Of a stretch of 64,000 bases of DNA, positions 37,812 to 47,645 are shown piece by piece. Origin of the DNA: an uncultured Rhodospirillaceae bacterium. Lineage in GTDB: Bacteria; Pseudomonadota; Alphaproteobacteria; MPNO01; UBA830. Position 1 is the stretch's first letter, and each line of letters opens with the position of its first letter. A model generated the notes under the pieces. It was not told where the DNA came from. It saw nothing but the letters and a program-made list of their open reading frames with translations, and did no database searches. Where the stretch lies: assembly GCA_963974055.1 (NCBI GenBank), contig CAXBCP010000023.1, positions 11,666 through 75,665 on the forward strand, read 5' to 3'. Position numbers and translations under genes: made by a program.

Positions 37812-38576
37812 CTACATGTTCATGACGTCGGGTTTCTGCCGGGCGAGCTGGCGCAGCAGGTAGGTCCAGCCGCGGCCGAACATCTTGTCGTTGAACAGGT
37901 AGCCCTTGGTCCGCCGGCTTCCTTCGTCCGACGGCGGCGACAGGCGTCCCGCCGCCATGGCCATCAGCTGCATCTCGGCCTCTTTTTCCATCGTATCCGC
38001 CAGGATCACGGCCGCCGGGATCGATCCGGCGGCGGTTAGCAATCCATGGTTTTTAAGAACCATGCAGGATCTTTCGCCCAGCGCGCGCGCCATGGCGGCG
38101 CCGGGTTCCTTGCCGAGCGCGACGCCGTCGTCTTCATCGAACAGGACGCATTCGTCGTGGAGCCGGGCGCCGCCCTGGGTGATCGTCTGGATGTTTTCGC
38201 CGAGGGCGCTGAGCGCCGTTACATGTTTTGCATGGGTATGAAGGATACAGGTAACGTCGGGCCGGGCGGCGTAGATCTGTGTGTGAATATGCAGTGTCGG
38301 ATTGATATCGACATCGTCGCCCGACAGCACGTTGAGTTCGAAATCCGATTCATGAATAAGATCCTGCGTGACCTCGCCGAAACCGAAATTCTGGACGTGA
38401 AACAGGAACGTTTCCGCGCCCGGCAGCCGCGCCGTAAGGTGACTGCCCATACCGCTCGGCTGGCCGAGCATGTCGACGACATGAAAGGCGAAAAGAAGTT
38501 CCTGGCGCAGCCGCGCAACGGCGTCGTCGGGATCGACCTGCCGGATTTGCGGCATCCGTACGATCTGTCCGGTCAT
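37812..38576 (-). CDS. Class II aldolase/adducin family protein
   Basis: HIHTQIYAARPDVTCILHTH and VLKNHG metal-binding His residues. Confidence 0.88.
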   Translation of the reverse strand: MTGQIVRMPQIRQVDPDDAVARLRQELLFAFHVVDMLGQPSGMGSHLTARLPGAETFLFHVQNFGFGEVTQDLIHESDFELNVLSGDDVDINPTLHIHTQIYAARPDVTCILHTHAKHVTALSALGENIQTITQGGARLHDECVLFDEDDGVALGKEPGAAMARALGERSCMVLKNHGLLTAAGSIPAAVILADTMEKEAEMQLMAMAAGRLSPPSDEGSRRTKGYLFNDKMFGRGWTYLLRQLARQKPDVMNM

Positions 38577-38599
38577 GGGAAGGGGCCTTTCGGAAAGGG

Positions 38600-38947
38600 T
38601 TATTTCTTGACGAGTTTCAGTTTGCGTTTCAGTACCGACAGGGCGTCGGTCAGGGAAGCGCTGCGTTTCAGTCTTTCGCGGCCGTGAAACACCAGAAATT
38701 CGGTTTTGTCGGACGACGTCTGGCGCTTGATCACGGTGAAGGCCGGCTGGCGGCTGTTATTGCGGTAGATGAGGAAGGCGGCCATCGTGGGATCGTGGCG
38801 GATGGCGTAATCCTTCCACTCGCCGTTCATGACCCGCCGGCTGTAGACGGTGAGAAGCTGATCGAGTTCCCGCTTGTTGAAACATATATCGGGCAGGCCG
38901 AGCCGGGCGGCGCGTTTGTAGTCGGCAAGGCTGACAACGGTTGTCAT
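38600..38947 (-). CDS. DUF2794-like protein
   Basis: FNKRELDQLLTVYSRRVMNGEWKDYAI. Confidence 0.8.
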   Translation of the reverse strand: MTTVVSLADYKRAARLGLPDICFNKRELDQLLTVYSRRVMNGEWKDYAIRHDPTMAAFLIYRNNSRQPAFTVIKRQTSSDKTEFLVFHGRERLKRSASLTDALSVLKRKLKLVKK

Positions 38948-39176
38948 CGTCGCAGGCGGAGCCCTTTATTGTGGCTTTTCGATGACAACAATTATCCCCA
39001 TTTCGTCCGCCGCGTCCAGTCATCTGGACGATCGGTTGCGATTTGGTCCCGCACATCGCGGATTGGTGCCGTTTCGCGCCCTAAATTATTAATACAAAAG
39101 CGAAAATGGGGGTTTGCTACCATTCCGTCACCCCGGTATCTTACCGGCCATTTTCCTGAAATGTCCGGAGTGCCCC

Positions 39177-39830
39177 GTGGGCGATATATTTCGCGAAGTC
39201 GATGAAGAGCTGAAACAGGACCGCTACGAAAAGCTGTGGCGGCAATACGGCAAGTACGTCATTGCCGGCGCGGTCCTGATCGTGGCCGCGGTGGCGGGCT
39301 GGAAGGCCTGGGAAAGCCACCAGACCAGCCAGCGCCATGCCGAAGGAAAGAAATTCGCCGCCGCCGCCGCGCTGATGCAGGACGGCAAGGCGTCCGAAGC
39401 GTCTGCCGCGTTCTCCCAGCTTGCCGCCGATGCGGGCTCGGGATACGGCGTCCTGGCGCGCTTCTACCAGGCATCGATCGTTGCGAAGGGCGGCGACGCC
39501 GCCGGCGCGATCGGAATTTACGATTCGATCGCCGATGACGGCTCGGTTCCGACCGCCATGCAGGAGCTGGCCACCGTGCTTGGCGCGCTGCAGGCGCTTC
39601 GCGTGCCGTCCATCGACGCGGCGACGATCGAAAAAAAGGTGCAGCCGATGACCGGGGCGGGCAGGGCCTATCGCCATGTCGCGCTGGAGGTCATGGCACT
39701 GACGGCACAGCGTGCCGGCGATATGGAAAAGGCGCGGACCAGTTACCGCGCCATCGTCGACGACCCGGCATCGCCGCCGGGCATCCGGGCGCGGGCGTCT
39801 CAAATGCTTAACATTCTCGGCGCGTCCTGA
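39177..39830 (+). CDS. YfgM-like TPR membrane-anchored protein
   Basis: DIFREVDEELKQDRYEKLWRQYG plus a TM segment; upstream of bamB-der. Confidence 0.85.
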   Translation: MGDIFREVDEELKQDRYEKLWRQYGKYVIAGAVLIVAAVAGWKAWESHQTSQRHAEGKKFAAAAALMQDGKASEASAAFSQLAADAGSGYGVLARFYQASIVAKGGDAAGAIGIYDSIADDGSVPTAMQELATVLGALQALRVPSIDAATIEKKVQPMTGAGRAYRHVALEVMALTAQRAGDMEKARTSYRAIVDDPASPPGIRARASQMLNILGAS

Positions 39831-39847
39831 GCGGGAGAGAACGGGTA

Positions 39848-41173
39848 ATGTCGGCCTTTCCCTTTGCCCGCATCGTTGCGATCGCGGCCCTGGCGCTTAC
39901 GCTCGCGGGCTGCAGCGGCTGGCTCGGCGGATCCGTGAAGAAACCCCTGGAAGGGGAGAGGATCGACGTTCTGCGCGGCGGCAACACGATCGCAGTGGAC
40001 GAGCGGATCAAGGATCTGAAGGTCCTGTTGCCGAAACCCGACGTCAATCTCGACTGGCCCCAGGCCGGGGGGTATCCCAATCACGCCATGCATCATCTGG
40101 CGGCGTCGGGCGCGCTGGCGCGGCAATGGCAGTCGAGCATCGGCGAAGGCTCCGATGACGAGGCGCAACTCCTGGCCCAGCCCGTGATTTCCGGCGGGCG
40201 GATTTACACCATGGACATCGAGGCGCAGGTCAGCGCGTTCGACGAAAAGTCAGGCTCGCGCCTGTGGCGGGCGGAGCTGTCCGGGGACGACGACGAAGGC
40301 ATTCTCGGCGGCGGCGTTGCCGTCGATGGCGGCCGGGTCTATGCGACGACGGGGTTTGCCGACGTCGTGGTGCTCGACGCGAAAACCGGACGCGAGATCT
40401 GGCGGAAAAAGCTGAGCGGGCCGATCCGGGCGGCGCCCACGATCTGGGCCGGCAGGGTCTTCGTGGTGACGGTGGCGAACGAGTTGTTCGCGCTGAGCGC
40501 CGATGACGGCCGCGAGCTCTGGACCCATGCCGGGCTCAGCGAAGTCGCCGGGCTTGTCGGCGGTTCTGCCCCGGCGGTGGATGGCGGCGTGGTGGTCGTT
40601 CCCTATTCCTCGGGCGAGGTCGTGGCCCTGCGCGTCGAGAACGGGCGGCAGGTCTGGACCGAGTCCCTGACCGCGATCCGCCGTTCGGATGCCGTGACGG
40701 CCATCGCCCATATCCGCGGCCAGCCCGTGATCGACCGGGGCATCGTGTATATCGTCGGGAACAGCAACCGCACCGTCGCCGTGGACCTGCGGACGGGGAC
40801 GCGGCTCTGGGAAGTTCCCATGGGGGGAATGCACGGCGCATGGGTCGCCGGCGACTTTCTCTACGTCGTCACGCGGGATTCGGAACTTGTCTGCCTGACC
40901 CGGCGCGGCGGGCGGGTGCGGTGGGTGACCCAGTTACCGCAGTTCGAGGATCCGGAAGACCGGGAGGGACCGGTTCTGTGGGCCGGTCCGGTGCTGGCGG
41001 GCGATCGTCTTCTGGTGGCGAACAATATCGAGGAAATCTGGTCTGTTTCGCCCTATTCGGGGAAAATTCTCGGGCGTATCGAAATCTCCGGCCCGGTGCT
41101 GATTCCGCCGATCGTCGCGCGGGAAACGGTTTACGTCCTCACGGACGAAGCCGACCTGATCGCATTCCGCTGA
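39848..41173 (+). CDS. bamB: PQQ-like beta-propeller lipoprotein (BamB-like)
   Basis: Lipobox LAGC, repeated WQ/WR/WT beta-propeller blades, yfgM-bamB-der synteny. Confidence 0.8.
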   Translation: MSAFPFARIVAIAALALTLAGCSGWLGGSVKKPLEGERIDVLRGGNTIAVDERIKDLKVLLPKPDVNLDWPQAGGYPNHAMHHLAASGALARQWQSSIGEGSDDEAQLLAQPVISGGRIYTMDIEAQVSAFDEKSGSRLWRAELSGDDDEGILGGGVAVDGGRVYATTGFADVVVLDAKTGREIWRKKLSGPIRAAPTIWAGRVFVVTVANELFALSADDGRELWTHAGLSEVAGLVGGSAPAVDGGVVVVPYSSGEVVALRVENGRQVWTESLTAIRRSDAVTAIAHIRGQPVIDRGIVYIVGNSNRTVAVDLRTGTRLWEVPMGGMHGAWVAGDFLYVVTRDSELVCLTRRGGRVRWVTQLPQFEDPEDREGPVLWAGPVLAGDRLLVANNIEEIWSVSPYSGKILGRIEISGPVLIPPIVARETVYVLTDEADLIAFR

Positions 41174-41186
41174 TCCGGCGCCCGTC

Positions 41187-42674
41187 ATGAAACCCCACAT
41201 AGCAATCGTCGGCCGTCCGAATGTCGGCAAATCGACCCTGTTCAACCGGCTGATCGGCCGGCGTTCCGCGCTTGTCGACCCGACGCCGGGAGTGACGCGC
41301 GACCGCCGCGAGGGCGACGCCTATCTCGGGCGGCTCCGGTTCACGGCAATCGATACGGCGGGGCTCGAGGATGCGCCGAAATCCGAAATGGAATCCGAAA
41401 TGCAGGCGCAGACATTGCGGGCCATCGACGAGGCCGATGCAGCGCTCCTGGTGTTCGATGCGCGGGCCGGCGTTACGCCGCTCGACCGGCATTTCGCCGC
41501 CCTGATGCGGAAATCGAATTCCCCCGTGATCCTGGTCGCGAACAAGTGCGAGGCGCGGTCCGCCGATGCCGGCCGGCTCGAGGCCTATGAACTGGGCCTC
41601 GGCGAACCCGTCGCGATTGCCTCCGAGCACGGTATCGGCATGCCCGACCTCGAAGACGCCATCGCCGCCGCGCTTGCTGATTTCGACTGGGATGCGGACG
41701 AGCCCGATACGGATTTCGGGGAACCGGTCGAAGGCCGCCGGGGCAAAGTCGCGCGTCCGGCAGCGAATAAAGTCGAGGACGATGACGGGGAAATCGGTGA
41801 CGAAGAGTTTGCCGAGTATGCGGAAGAAGAGGCCGAGTTCGAGGAATATCACGGGCCTCTCCAGCTCGCGATCGTGGGCCGGCCGAATGTCGGCAAGTCG
41901 ACGCTGGTCAACAATCTTCTCGGCGACGAGCGGGTCATCACGGGACCGGAGGCTGGGATCACGCGGGATGCGATCTCCATCGAATGGACATGGCAGGGCA
42001 CGCCGATCAAGCTGATCGATACGGCGGGGATGCGGCGCCGGGCGCGGGTCAACCAGAAGGTCGAAAAGCTTTCGGTCGGCGACACGCTCGAAGCGATCCG
42101 GTTTGCCCATGTGGTCGTGCTTGTCGTGGATGCGACGATGATGCCGGAGAAGCAGGATCTCGTGATCGCGCGCCATATCATCGACGAGGGACGCGGCATT
42201 GTGATCGCGGTGAACAAGTGGGACGTTGTCGAAAACGGTGCCGAAGCCCTGAAACTGATGTTCGACCGGATGGAAATTTCCCTGCCGCAGATTCGCGGGG
42301 TGCCGGTCGTCACGTTGTCGGCGCTGACGTCGCGCGGCATTCACAAGCTGTTGCCGGCGGTACTCGATGTTTACGAGGTATGGAACCGCCGTGTGTCGAC
42401 GGGGCCGTTGAACCGGTGGCTGCACGCCACCATCGAACGTCATCCGCCGCCGATCAATCGCGGCCGCCGTATCCGGATACGCTACATCACGCAATCGAAG
42501 TCCCGCCCGCCGACCTTCGCTGTTTTCTGCAGCCAGCCGACAGGCGTTCCGGAATCCTATATCCGTTACCTGACCAACGGGATTCGCGAAATGTTCGAAT
42601 TCCCGGGGGTGCCGATCCGGATCAATCTCCGCGGACAGAAGAACCCTTACGCGCCGGGCAGCGACCGCAGCTAG
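41187..42674 (+). CDS. der: Ribosome biogenesis GTPase Der
   Basis: Two GRPNVGKS G-domains with DTAG and NKCE/NKWD; KH-like C-terminus. Confidence 0.97.
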   Translation: MKPHIAIVGRPNVGKSTLFNRLIGRRSALVDPTPGVTRDRREGDAYLGRLRFTAIDTAGLEDAPKSEMESEMQAQTLRAIDEADAALLVFDARAGVTPLDRHFAALMRKSNSPVILVANKCEARSADAGRLEAYELGLGEPVAIASEHGIGMPDLEDAIAAALADFDWDADEPDTDFGEPVEGRRGKVARPAANKVEDDDGEIGDEEFAEYAEEEAEFEEYHGPLQLAIVGRPNVGKSTLVNNLLGDERVITGPEAGITRDAISIEWTWQGTPIKLIDTAGMRRRARVNQKVEKLSVGDTLEAIRFAHVVVLVVDATMMPEKQDLVIARHIIDEGRGIVIAVNKWDVVENGAEALKLMFDRMEISLPQIRGVPVVTLSALTSRGIHKLLPAVLDVYEVWNRRVSTGPLNRWLHATIERHPPPINRGRRIRIRYITQSKSRPPTFAVFCSQPTGVPESYIRYLTNGIREMFEFPGVPIRINLRGQKNPYAPGSDRS

Positions 42675-42703
42675 CGCATATTCCGCTTACGCGGAATGCC
42701 GGG

Positions 42704-43405
42704 TTATTTCTGCGATGCGTCCGTTTTCTCGGCCGTTTTCTCCGCCGGTTTTTCCGGCAGGCTCGCCTTCCGGTCGATAGCGGCGCGCGCCTCGGCCGTC
42801 TTTTCGGCGGCCTGTCTTGCAAAACGGTCGAACAGCGTGCCGAGGTCCTTCCACAGGGCCTTGCCGGCGTCGGCCTTGTGCGCAAAAACGGCGCGGCGCG
42901 CATTCGTGCTGCGTTCGGACAGGCTGGCTTCTATGGCTGCGCCGTTGAAGGCGAATTCGAGTTCGTCCAGGCTGACAGGACCGATTTTCGTGGTGTTTCG
43001 CTTTACAGTCAGGTTTGTCAGGGCAATCCGCAGAATGTAGGCATCGGCGTCCGCGTCCGCGCTGCTGCTCCGGGCCGATGCCGCGATATGCTTCTTGAGC
43101 GCATCGGAGAACGCGGCGCGTACTTTCTCGTAGGCGGCGGGGTCGAGGCTATTGAAGTCCGAAGCGGCTGATACCGTAATTTCGGCCGGGGCGAGGATCA
43201 GCTGCTTTACCCGGGCCGGCCGGGTCCCTTCCTTGCGGACAAAGACACCGAAACTGTCGGCGCCGCTCTGGCGTTCGTACCTGTGCAGCGGCCCCAGCCA
43301 GTTGGTCGAAACCCCGAGGACATCGTCGTTTCCGGACGAGCAGGCGGCGCAGGTGATCAGCATCAAAAGGCCGATCGCCGATAGTCTGTATGCCGGACGG
43401 TTCAT
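42704..43405 (-). CDS. Putative lipoprotein (DUF3313-like)
   Basis: Signal peptide ending CAAC; family tentative. Confidence 0.55.
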   Translation of the reverse strand: MNRPAYRLSAIGLLMLITCAACSSGNDDVLGVSTNWLGPLHRYERQSGADSFGVFVRKEGTRPARVKQLILAPAEITVSAASDFNSLDPAAYEKVRAAFSDALKKHIAASARSSSADADADAYILRIALTNLTVKRNTTKIGPVSLDELEFAFNGAAIEASLSERSTNARRAVFAHKADAGKALWKDLGTLFDRFARQAAEKTAEARAAIDRKASLPEKPAEKTAEKTDASQK

Positions 43406-43586
43406 GTCTGCAATCTATGAGCCTTATGCCCCCCGCACAAGAATCGGGAGCCGGGCAAGATGGATGTGTCAGCCCTTTATTTGTCATATTACTGTCATAA
43501 ATAATTCATTTAGTCCCCTGAAATATAAAGAGAAAATAATCATTCGGGCCGTATTCTCGGCCGGTACCAGAAAGCTTCGGGGAAAA

Positions 43587-44816
43587 TTGGTGGACGGTAA
43601 TTTCGAAAGCGCCGCGGACGGCGTCGGGCGACTGGTGAATCGTGTCGCTCCGATTGCACCGACGGATTATTGCGGCGACGTGCATCACAGGTTTCTGGCG
43701 GACCCTGATTTGCTGGCGCTTGCGGTCGTGGACGATCAGAACGTTCCCGTCGGACTGGTAAACCGTCAGGAACTCCAGGTCAGGCTTGCGGACCGTTTCG
43801 GCTGGGCATTGTACGAACGCAAGCCGGTCTCCGTTGTGATGGAAGAGGAGCCGTTTTCCGTGGACGCGTCGATTGCGTTCGACCCGCTCAGCCGGCTGAT
43901 TATCAGCCAGCGGCCATCGGCGTTGATGTCGGGATTTATCGTTACGGAGAACGGCAGGTATGCAGGGCTGGGGACGGCGCTGGCCGTGTTGCAGATGGCG
44001 GCCGACCGGTCTGCTGCCCGCGCCCGAGAGCTTGAACGCGCTCATTCCCGGGCGGAGGAAGCCAACCGGGCGAAATCCCTGTTCCTCGCGAATATGAGCC
44101 ACGAATTGCGGACCCCGCTGAATGCCATTATCGGGTTTTCGGATCTTATGAAAAACCGGATATTCGGACAGCTGGGCAGCGACCAATACGACCAGTACGC
44201 ACAGGATATCAACACCAGCGGGCATCATTTGCTGGAACTGATCGACGGCATTCTCGATCTGTCGAAGGTCGAAGCGGGCAAGCTCGATCCTGTCTTCGAG
44301 CCGGTGGACGTGGGGGAACTGCTTGGTGAGTGCCTCCGGTATTTTACCGTTGCCGGCGCCGAGGCCGGGGTATCCCTGGAAATCGATATTCCGGAACTGC
44401 CGGTATGTATCACCGCAGACAGGCGAATGCTGCGTCAGGTGCTGCTGAACCTGATCTCGAACGCCCTTAAATTCACCGAGGCGGGGGGGCAGGTGACCGT
44501 CTCCGTCATGGTCCGTGACGGCGCGGCCGTCATCCGCGTGAACGATACGGGAATCGGTATCGCACCCGAGGATATGTCCAAGGTGATGGAGCCCTTCGGA
44601 CAGGTAGAGGGAGGCCTGAACCGTCGGTTCGATGGCACCGGGCTGGGATTGCCGCTGTCGGAAGCACTGGTAACGGTCCTGGAGGGAAGCCTGTCGATCG
44701 AGAGCACGGTCGGGGTCGGCACGGCCGTGACAATCTCGCTGCCGCGACAGGTGACCCGGGGCAGAACGGCTTCCCTGTCGACAGAACGCGGGCGTTCAAC
44801 CGGCACGCACAGCTAG
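43587..44816 (+). CDS. Cytoplasmic sensor histidine kinase with an N-terminal CBS-like pair
   Basis: ANMSHELRTPLNAIIGFS H-box, NLISNALKFT, DTGIGI, GTGLGL; no TM segment; start uncertain (TTG 43587 or GTG 43590). Confidence 0.85.
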   Translation: MVDGNFESAADGVGRLVNRVAPIAPTDYCGDVHHRFLADPDLLALAVVDDQNVPVGLVNRQELQVRLADRFGWALYERKPVSVVMEEEPFSVDASIAFDPLSRLIISQRPSALMSGFIVTENGRYAGLGTALAVLQMAADRSAARARELERAHSRAEEANRAKSLFLANMSHELRTPLNAIIGFSDLMKNRIFGQLGSDQYDQYAQDINTSGHHLLELIDGILDLSKVEAGKLDPVFEPVDVGELLGECLRYFTVAGAEAGVSLEIDIPELPVCITADRRMLRQVLLNLISNALKFTEAGGQVTVSVMVRDGAAVIRVNDTGIGIAPEDMSKVMEPFGQVEGGLNRRFDGTGLGLPLSEALVTVLEGSLSIESTVGVGTAVTISLPRQVTRGRTASLSTERGRSTGTHS

Positions 44817-44831
44817 AGCGTTCGCCCGGCG

Positions 44832-45548
44832 TCAGTAGGCGGGAATCACCGCGCCATGCGGCTCGCAGTCCGGGGCGGCGAGATCGACGAAAAACCCGGT
44901 AATGTCATCGGGCGTTTTCAGGGTGTCCGGGTCCTCGCCGGGAAAGGCTTCGGCGCGCATCGACGTGCGGGTCGCGCCGGGGTCCAGCAGGTTGATCTTC
45001 AGCCTGGTTTCCTCGGTTTCGGCGGCCCAGCAGTTCACCATCATTTCGAGCGCCGCCTTGGTCACCGCATAGGCGCCCCAATAGGGCCGCTTGCCCCGCG
45101 CGGCGCCGGAGGTCACGAAGATCGCCCGGCCGGCATCGGACTGGCGCAGCAGCGGGTCCGTCGTCCGGATCAGGCGCCAGTTCGCATTCAGGTTCACGTC
45201 CACCACGTCGGACCATACGGCGGCGTCGATATGGTTGATCGGCGCCATTTCGCCGAGCAGGGCGGCGTTCCCGACCAGGATATCGAGCCTGCCGAAGCGC
45301 TCGGCAATGGTCGGGCCGATCATGTCCACCTGGTCGAGGTCGCGCAGGTCCAGTTCGAGCAGGGTCGCCGCCCGGTCGTCGCCATGAACGCTGCGGATAC
45401 GGTCGTCGATGTCTTCAAGCCCGCCCCGGGTGCGGGCGACAAGCACCACATGGGCGCCTTCCGCGGCGAAACGCAGAGCGACGGCGGCGCCGATGCCGCG
45501 CGATGCCCCGGTGACGAGGGCGATCCGGTCCTGCAGGCGTCCGGTCAC
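44832..45548 (-). CDS. SDR family oxidoreductase (YciK-like)
   Basis: TGASRGIG, YAVTK. Confidence 0.9.
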   Translation of the reverse strand: MTGRLQDRIALVTGASRGIGAAVALRFAAEGAHVVLVARTRGGLEDIDDRIRSVHGDDRAATLLELDLRDLDQVDMIGPTIAERFGRLDILVGNAALLGEMAPINHIDAAVWSDVVDVNLNANWRLIRTTDPLLRQSDAGRAIFVTSGAARGKRPYWGAYAVTKAALEMMVNCWAAETEETRLKINLLDPGATRTSMRAEAFPGEDPDTLKTPDDITGFFVDLAAPDCEPHGAVIPAY

Positions 45549-47002
45549 GCGAGCTGTGTCAGGAAGGACAGTTGCGGGCTGGGCTGGTCGGTCGATTCAT
45601 CCGTCAGCGCGATCGGGTATTCGCCGGAGAAACAGGCATCGCAGTATTGCGGCTGTTCGCCGTTTCGCGAGGCTTCGCCCATCGCCCGGTACAGCCCGTC
45701 CATGGACAGGAAGGCCAGGCTGTCGACGCCGATGATCTTCGCCATTTCCGCGATATTGTGCTGGGCGGCGAGCAACTGGTCGCGGTCCGGGGTATCGACG
45801 CCGTAAAAACAGGAATACGTCGTCGGCGGGCTCGCGATGCGCATGTGAACCTCGGTCGCGCCGGCGGCACGGACCATTTCGACGATTTTCACCGACGTCG
45901 TGCCGCGGACGATGCTGTCGTCGACCAGGATGACGCGGCGGCCGTCGATGACTTCGCGGTTGGCGTTGTGTTTCAGCTTGACCCCGAGATGGCGGATACG
46001 GTCGGTCGGTTCGATAAATGTCCGCCCGACATAGTGGTTGCGGATAATCCCGAGCTCGTAAGGAATGCCTGACTGTTCGGAATAGCCGAGGGCGGCGGGG
46101 ACGCCGGAATCCGGCACCGGGATGACGACATCCGCGGGCACCCCGGTTTCGACGGCCAGTTCGCGGCCGATGTTCTTGCGGGCGTCGTAGACGTTCTTGC
46201 CCTCGATCGTGCTGTCGGGGCGCGCAAAGTAGATATATTCGAAAATGCAGAACCGGTGCTGCTTCTTCCCGAACGGATGCATCGACTGCAAGCCGTCTTC
46301 GTCGATCAGGACCATTTCTCCGGGTTCGATATCGCGCACGTATTCGGCGCCGATGATGTCGAGCGCGCAGGTCTCGGAGGCCAGGATATAGGCTTCCTCG
46401 AAACGGCCGAGAACCAGCGGGCGCACACCGTGCGGATCGCGGACGCCGATGAGCGTGTCGTTATGCAGCGCGACCAGCGAATAGGCGCCTTCGACCGTCT
46501 GCAGCGCGGCGACGGCCCGGTCGACGACGGTGTCGAATGTGCTGGTGGCGATCAGGTGCAGGATCACCTCGGTATCGGTGGTCGACTGGAAAATACACCC
46601 GCGCTGGACCAGCGCGTGGCGCAGCGCGACGGCGTTGGTCAGGTTGCCGTTATGGCCGATGGCAAAGCCGCCGGACGAGAAATCGGCGAAAAGCGGCTGG
46701 ATATTGCGGGTGAGCGTGTCGCCCGTCGTCGAATAGCGGTTATGGCCGATGGCCGACCGGCCCGGCAGTTTGCTGATGACGCTTTCTTCGCTGAAATTGT
46801 CGCCGACATGGCCGGCCGCCCGGTGGCTGTAGAACTGACCGCCTTCGTAGGTGACGATCCCGGCCGCTTCCTGGCCGCGGTGCTGCAGGGCGTGAAGGCC
46901 GAGCGCGGTAAGGGCGGCGGCGTCCGTGTGGCCGTAGACGCCAAAGATGCCGCATTCTTCATGCAGCTTGTCGTCATCGAATGGGTTTGTGGTTATCGAC
47001 AC
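45545..47002 (-). CDS. purF: Amidophosphoribosyltransferase
   Basis: EECGIFG, QHRGQE, PVPDSG, VDDSIVRGTT. Confidence 0.98.
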   Translation of the reverse strand: MSITTNPFDDDKLHEECGIFGVYGHTDAAALTALGLHALQHRGQEAAGIVTYEGGQFYSHRAAGHVGDNFSEESVISKLPGRSAIGHNRYSTTGDTLTRNIQPLFADFSSGGFAIGHNGNLTNAVALRHALVQRGCIFQSTTDTEVILHLIATSTFDTVVDRAVAALQTVEGAYSLVALHNDTLIGVRDPHGVRPLVLGRFEEAYILASETCALDIIGAEYVRDIEPGEMVLIDEDGLQSMHPFGKKQHRFCIFEYIYFARPDSTIEGKNVYDARKNIGRELAVETGVPADVVIPVPDSGVPAALGYSEQSGIPYELGIIRNHYVGRTFIEPTDRIRHLGVKLKHNANREVIDGRRVILVDDSIVRGTTSVKIVEMVRAAGATEVHMRIASPPTTYSCFYGVDTPDRDQLLAAQHNIAEMAKIIGVDSLAFLSMDGLYRAMGEASRNGEQPQYCDACFSGEYPIALTDESTDQPSPQLSFLTQLA

Positions 47003-47015
47003 GCGGGGTGCATCC

Positions 47016-47645
47016 TTATTGATGGCTTCGGATCAGGCGATCCATTTCCTGACGCTCTTCGGGCTTGTAACCGGATTTACGTTCGTTTCCGGCACTTTCG
47101 GGCTTCGGCGACAGCAGCGAGCGAAAAGTGCCGTCGCGGTCGGCATCGGGCGCTGCCGGGGGCTTCAGGCCCAGTTCCGACGGGACCGCCGACACAAGCA
47201 TGTTCGCGCCGCGCTTGAGCAGCGGCAGCGTTTTTGCGCCTTTGTAGAACGCCGACTGGTCGTTCAGGTCCAGGACCTGCTGGCTGAACAGGTAGCCGCC
47301 GCTGACCACGACCGCGCCGATCGCAAGACCGGCGAGGAAGCCGAACGTGCGGTCGAGCATCCCGAACGCGCTGTCGCGGACGCCGCCGGCGATGGCGTGG
47401 CTGATCAGGGTGAGCACGATCATCGACACCACGAAAATCGCGGCGCCGGCCGCGATGTCGGCGATCAGCTCCTGGCCGATCCATTCCCGCGCATAGGGGC
47501 GGGCATGGGAAAATCCGTAGACCGTCGCGAGCGTCGCGCCGACCCAGCCGGCCAGGCCCAGGATGACCCGGACCAGTCCGAGCCGCAGGGCGATGATCCC
47601 GCATAAAACGATAATTACCGCAACGGCGATATCCGCAGTGTTCAT
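47016..47645 (-). CDS. cvpA: CvpA family membrane protein
   Basis: Hydrophobic, LDRTFGFLAG motif, radA-cvpA-purF synteny. Confidence 0.88.
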   Translation of the reverse strand: MNTADIAVAVIIVLCGIIALRLGLVRVILGLAGWVGATLATVYGFSHARPYAREWIGQELIADIAAGAAIFVVSMIVLTLISHAIAGGVRDSAFGMLDRTFGFLAGLAIGAVVVSGGYLFSQQVLDLNDQSAFYKGAKTLPLLKRGANMLVSAVPSELGLKPPAAPDADRDGTFRSLLSPKPESAGNERKSGYKPEERQEMDRLIRSHQ

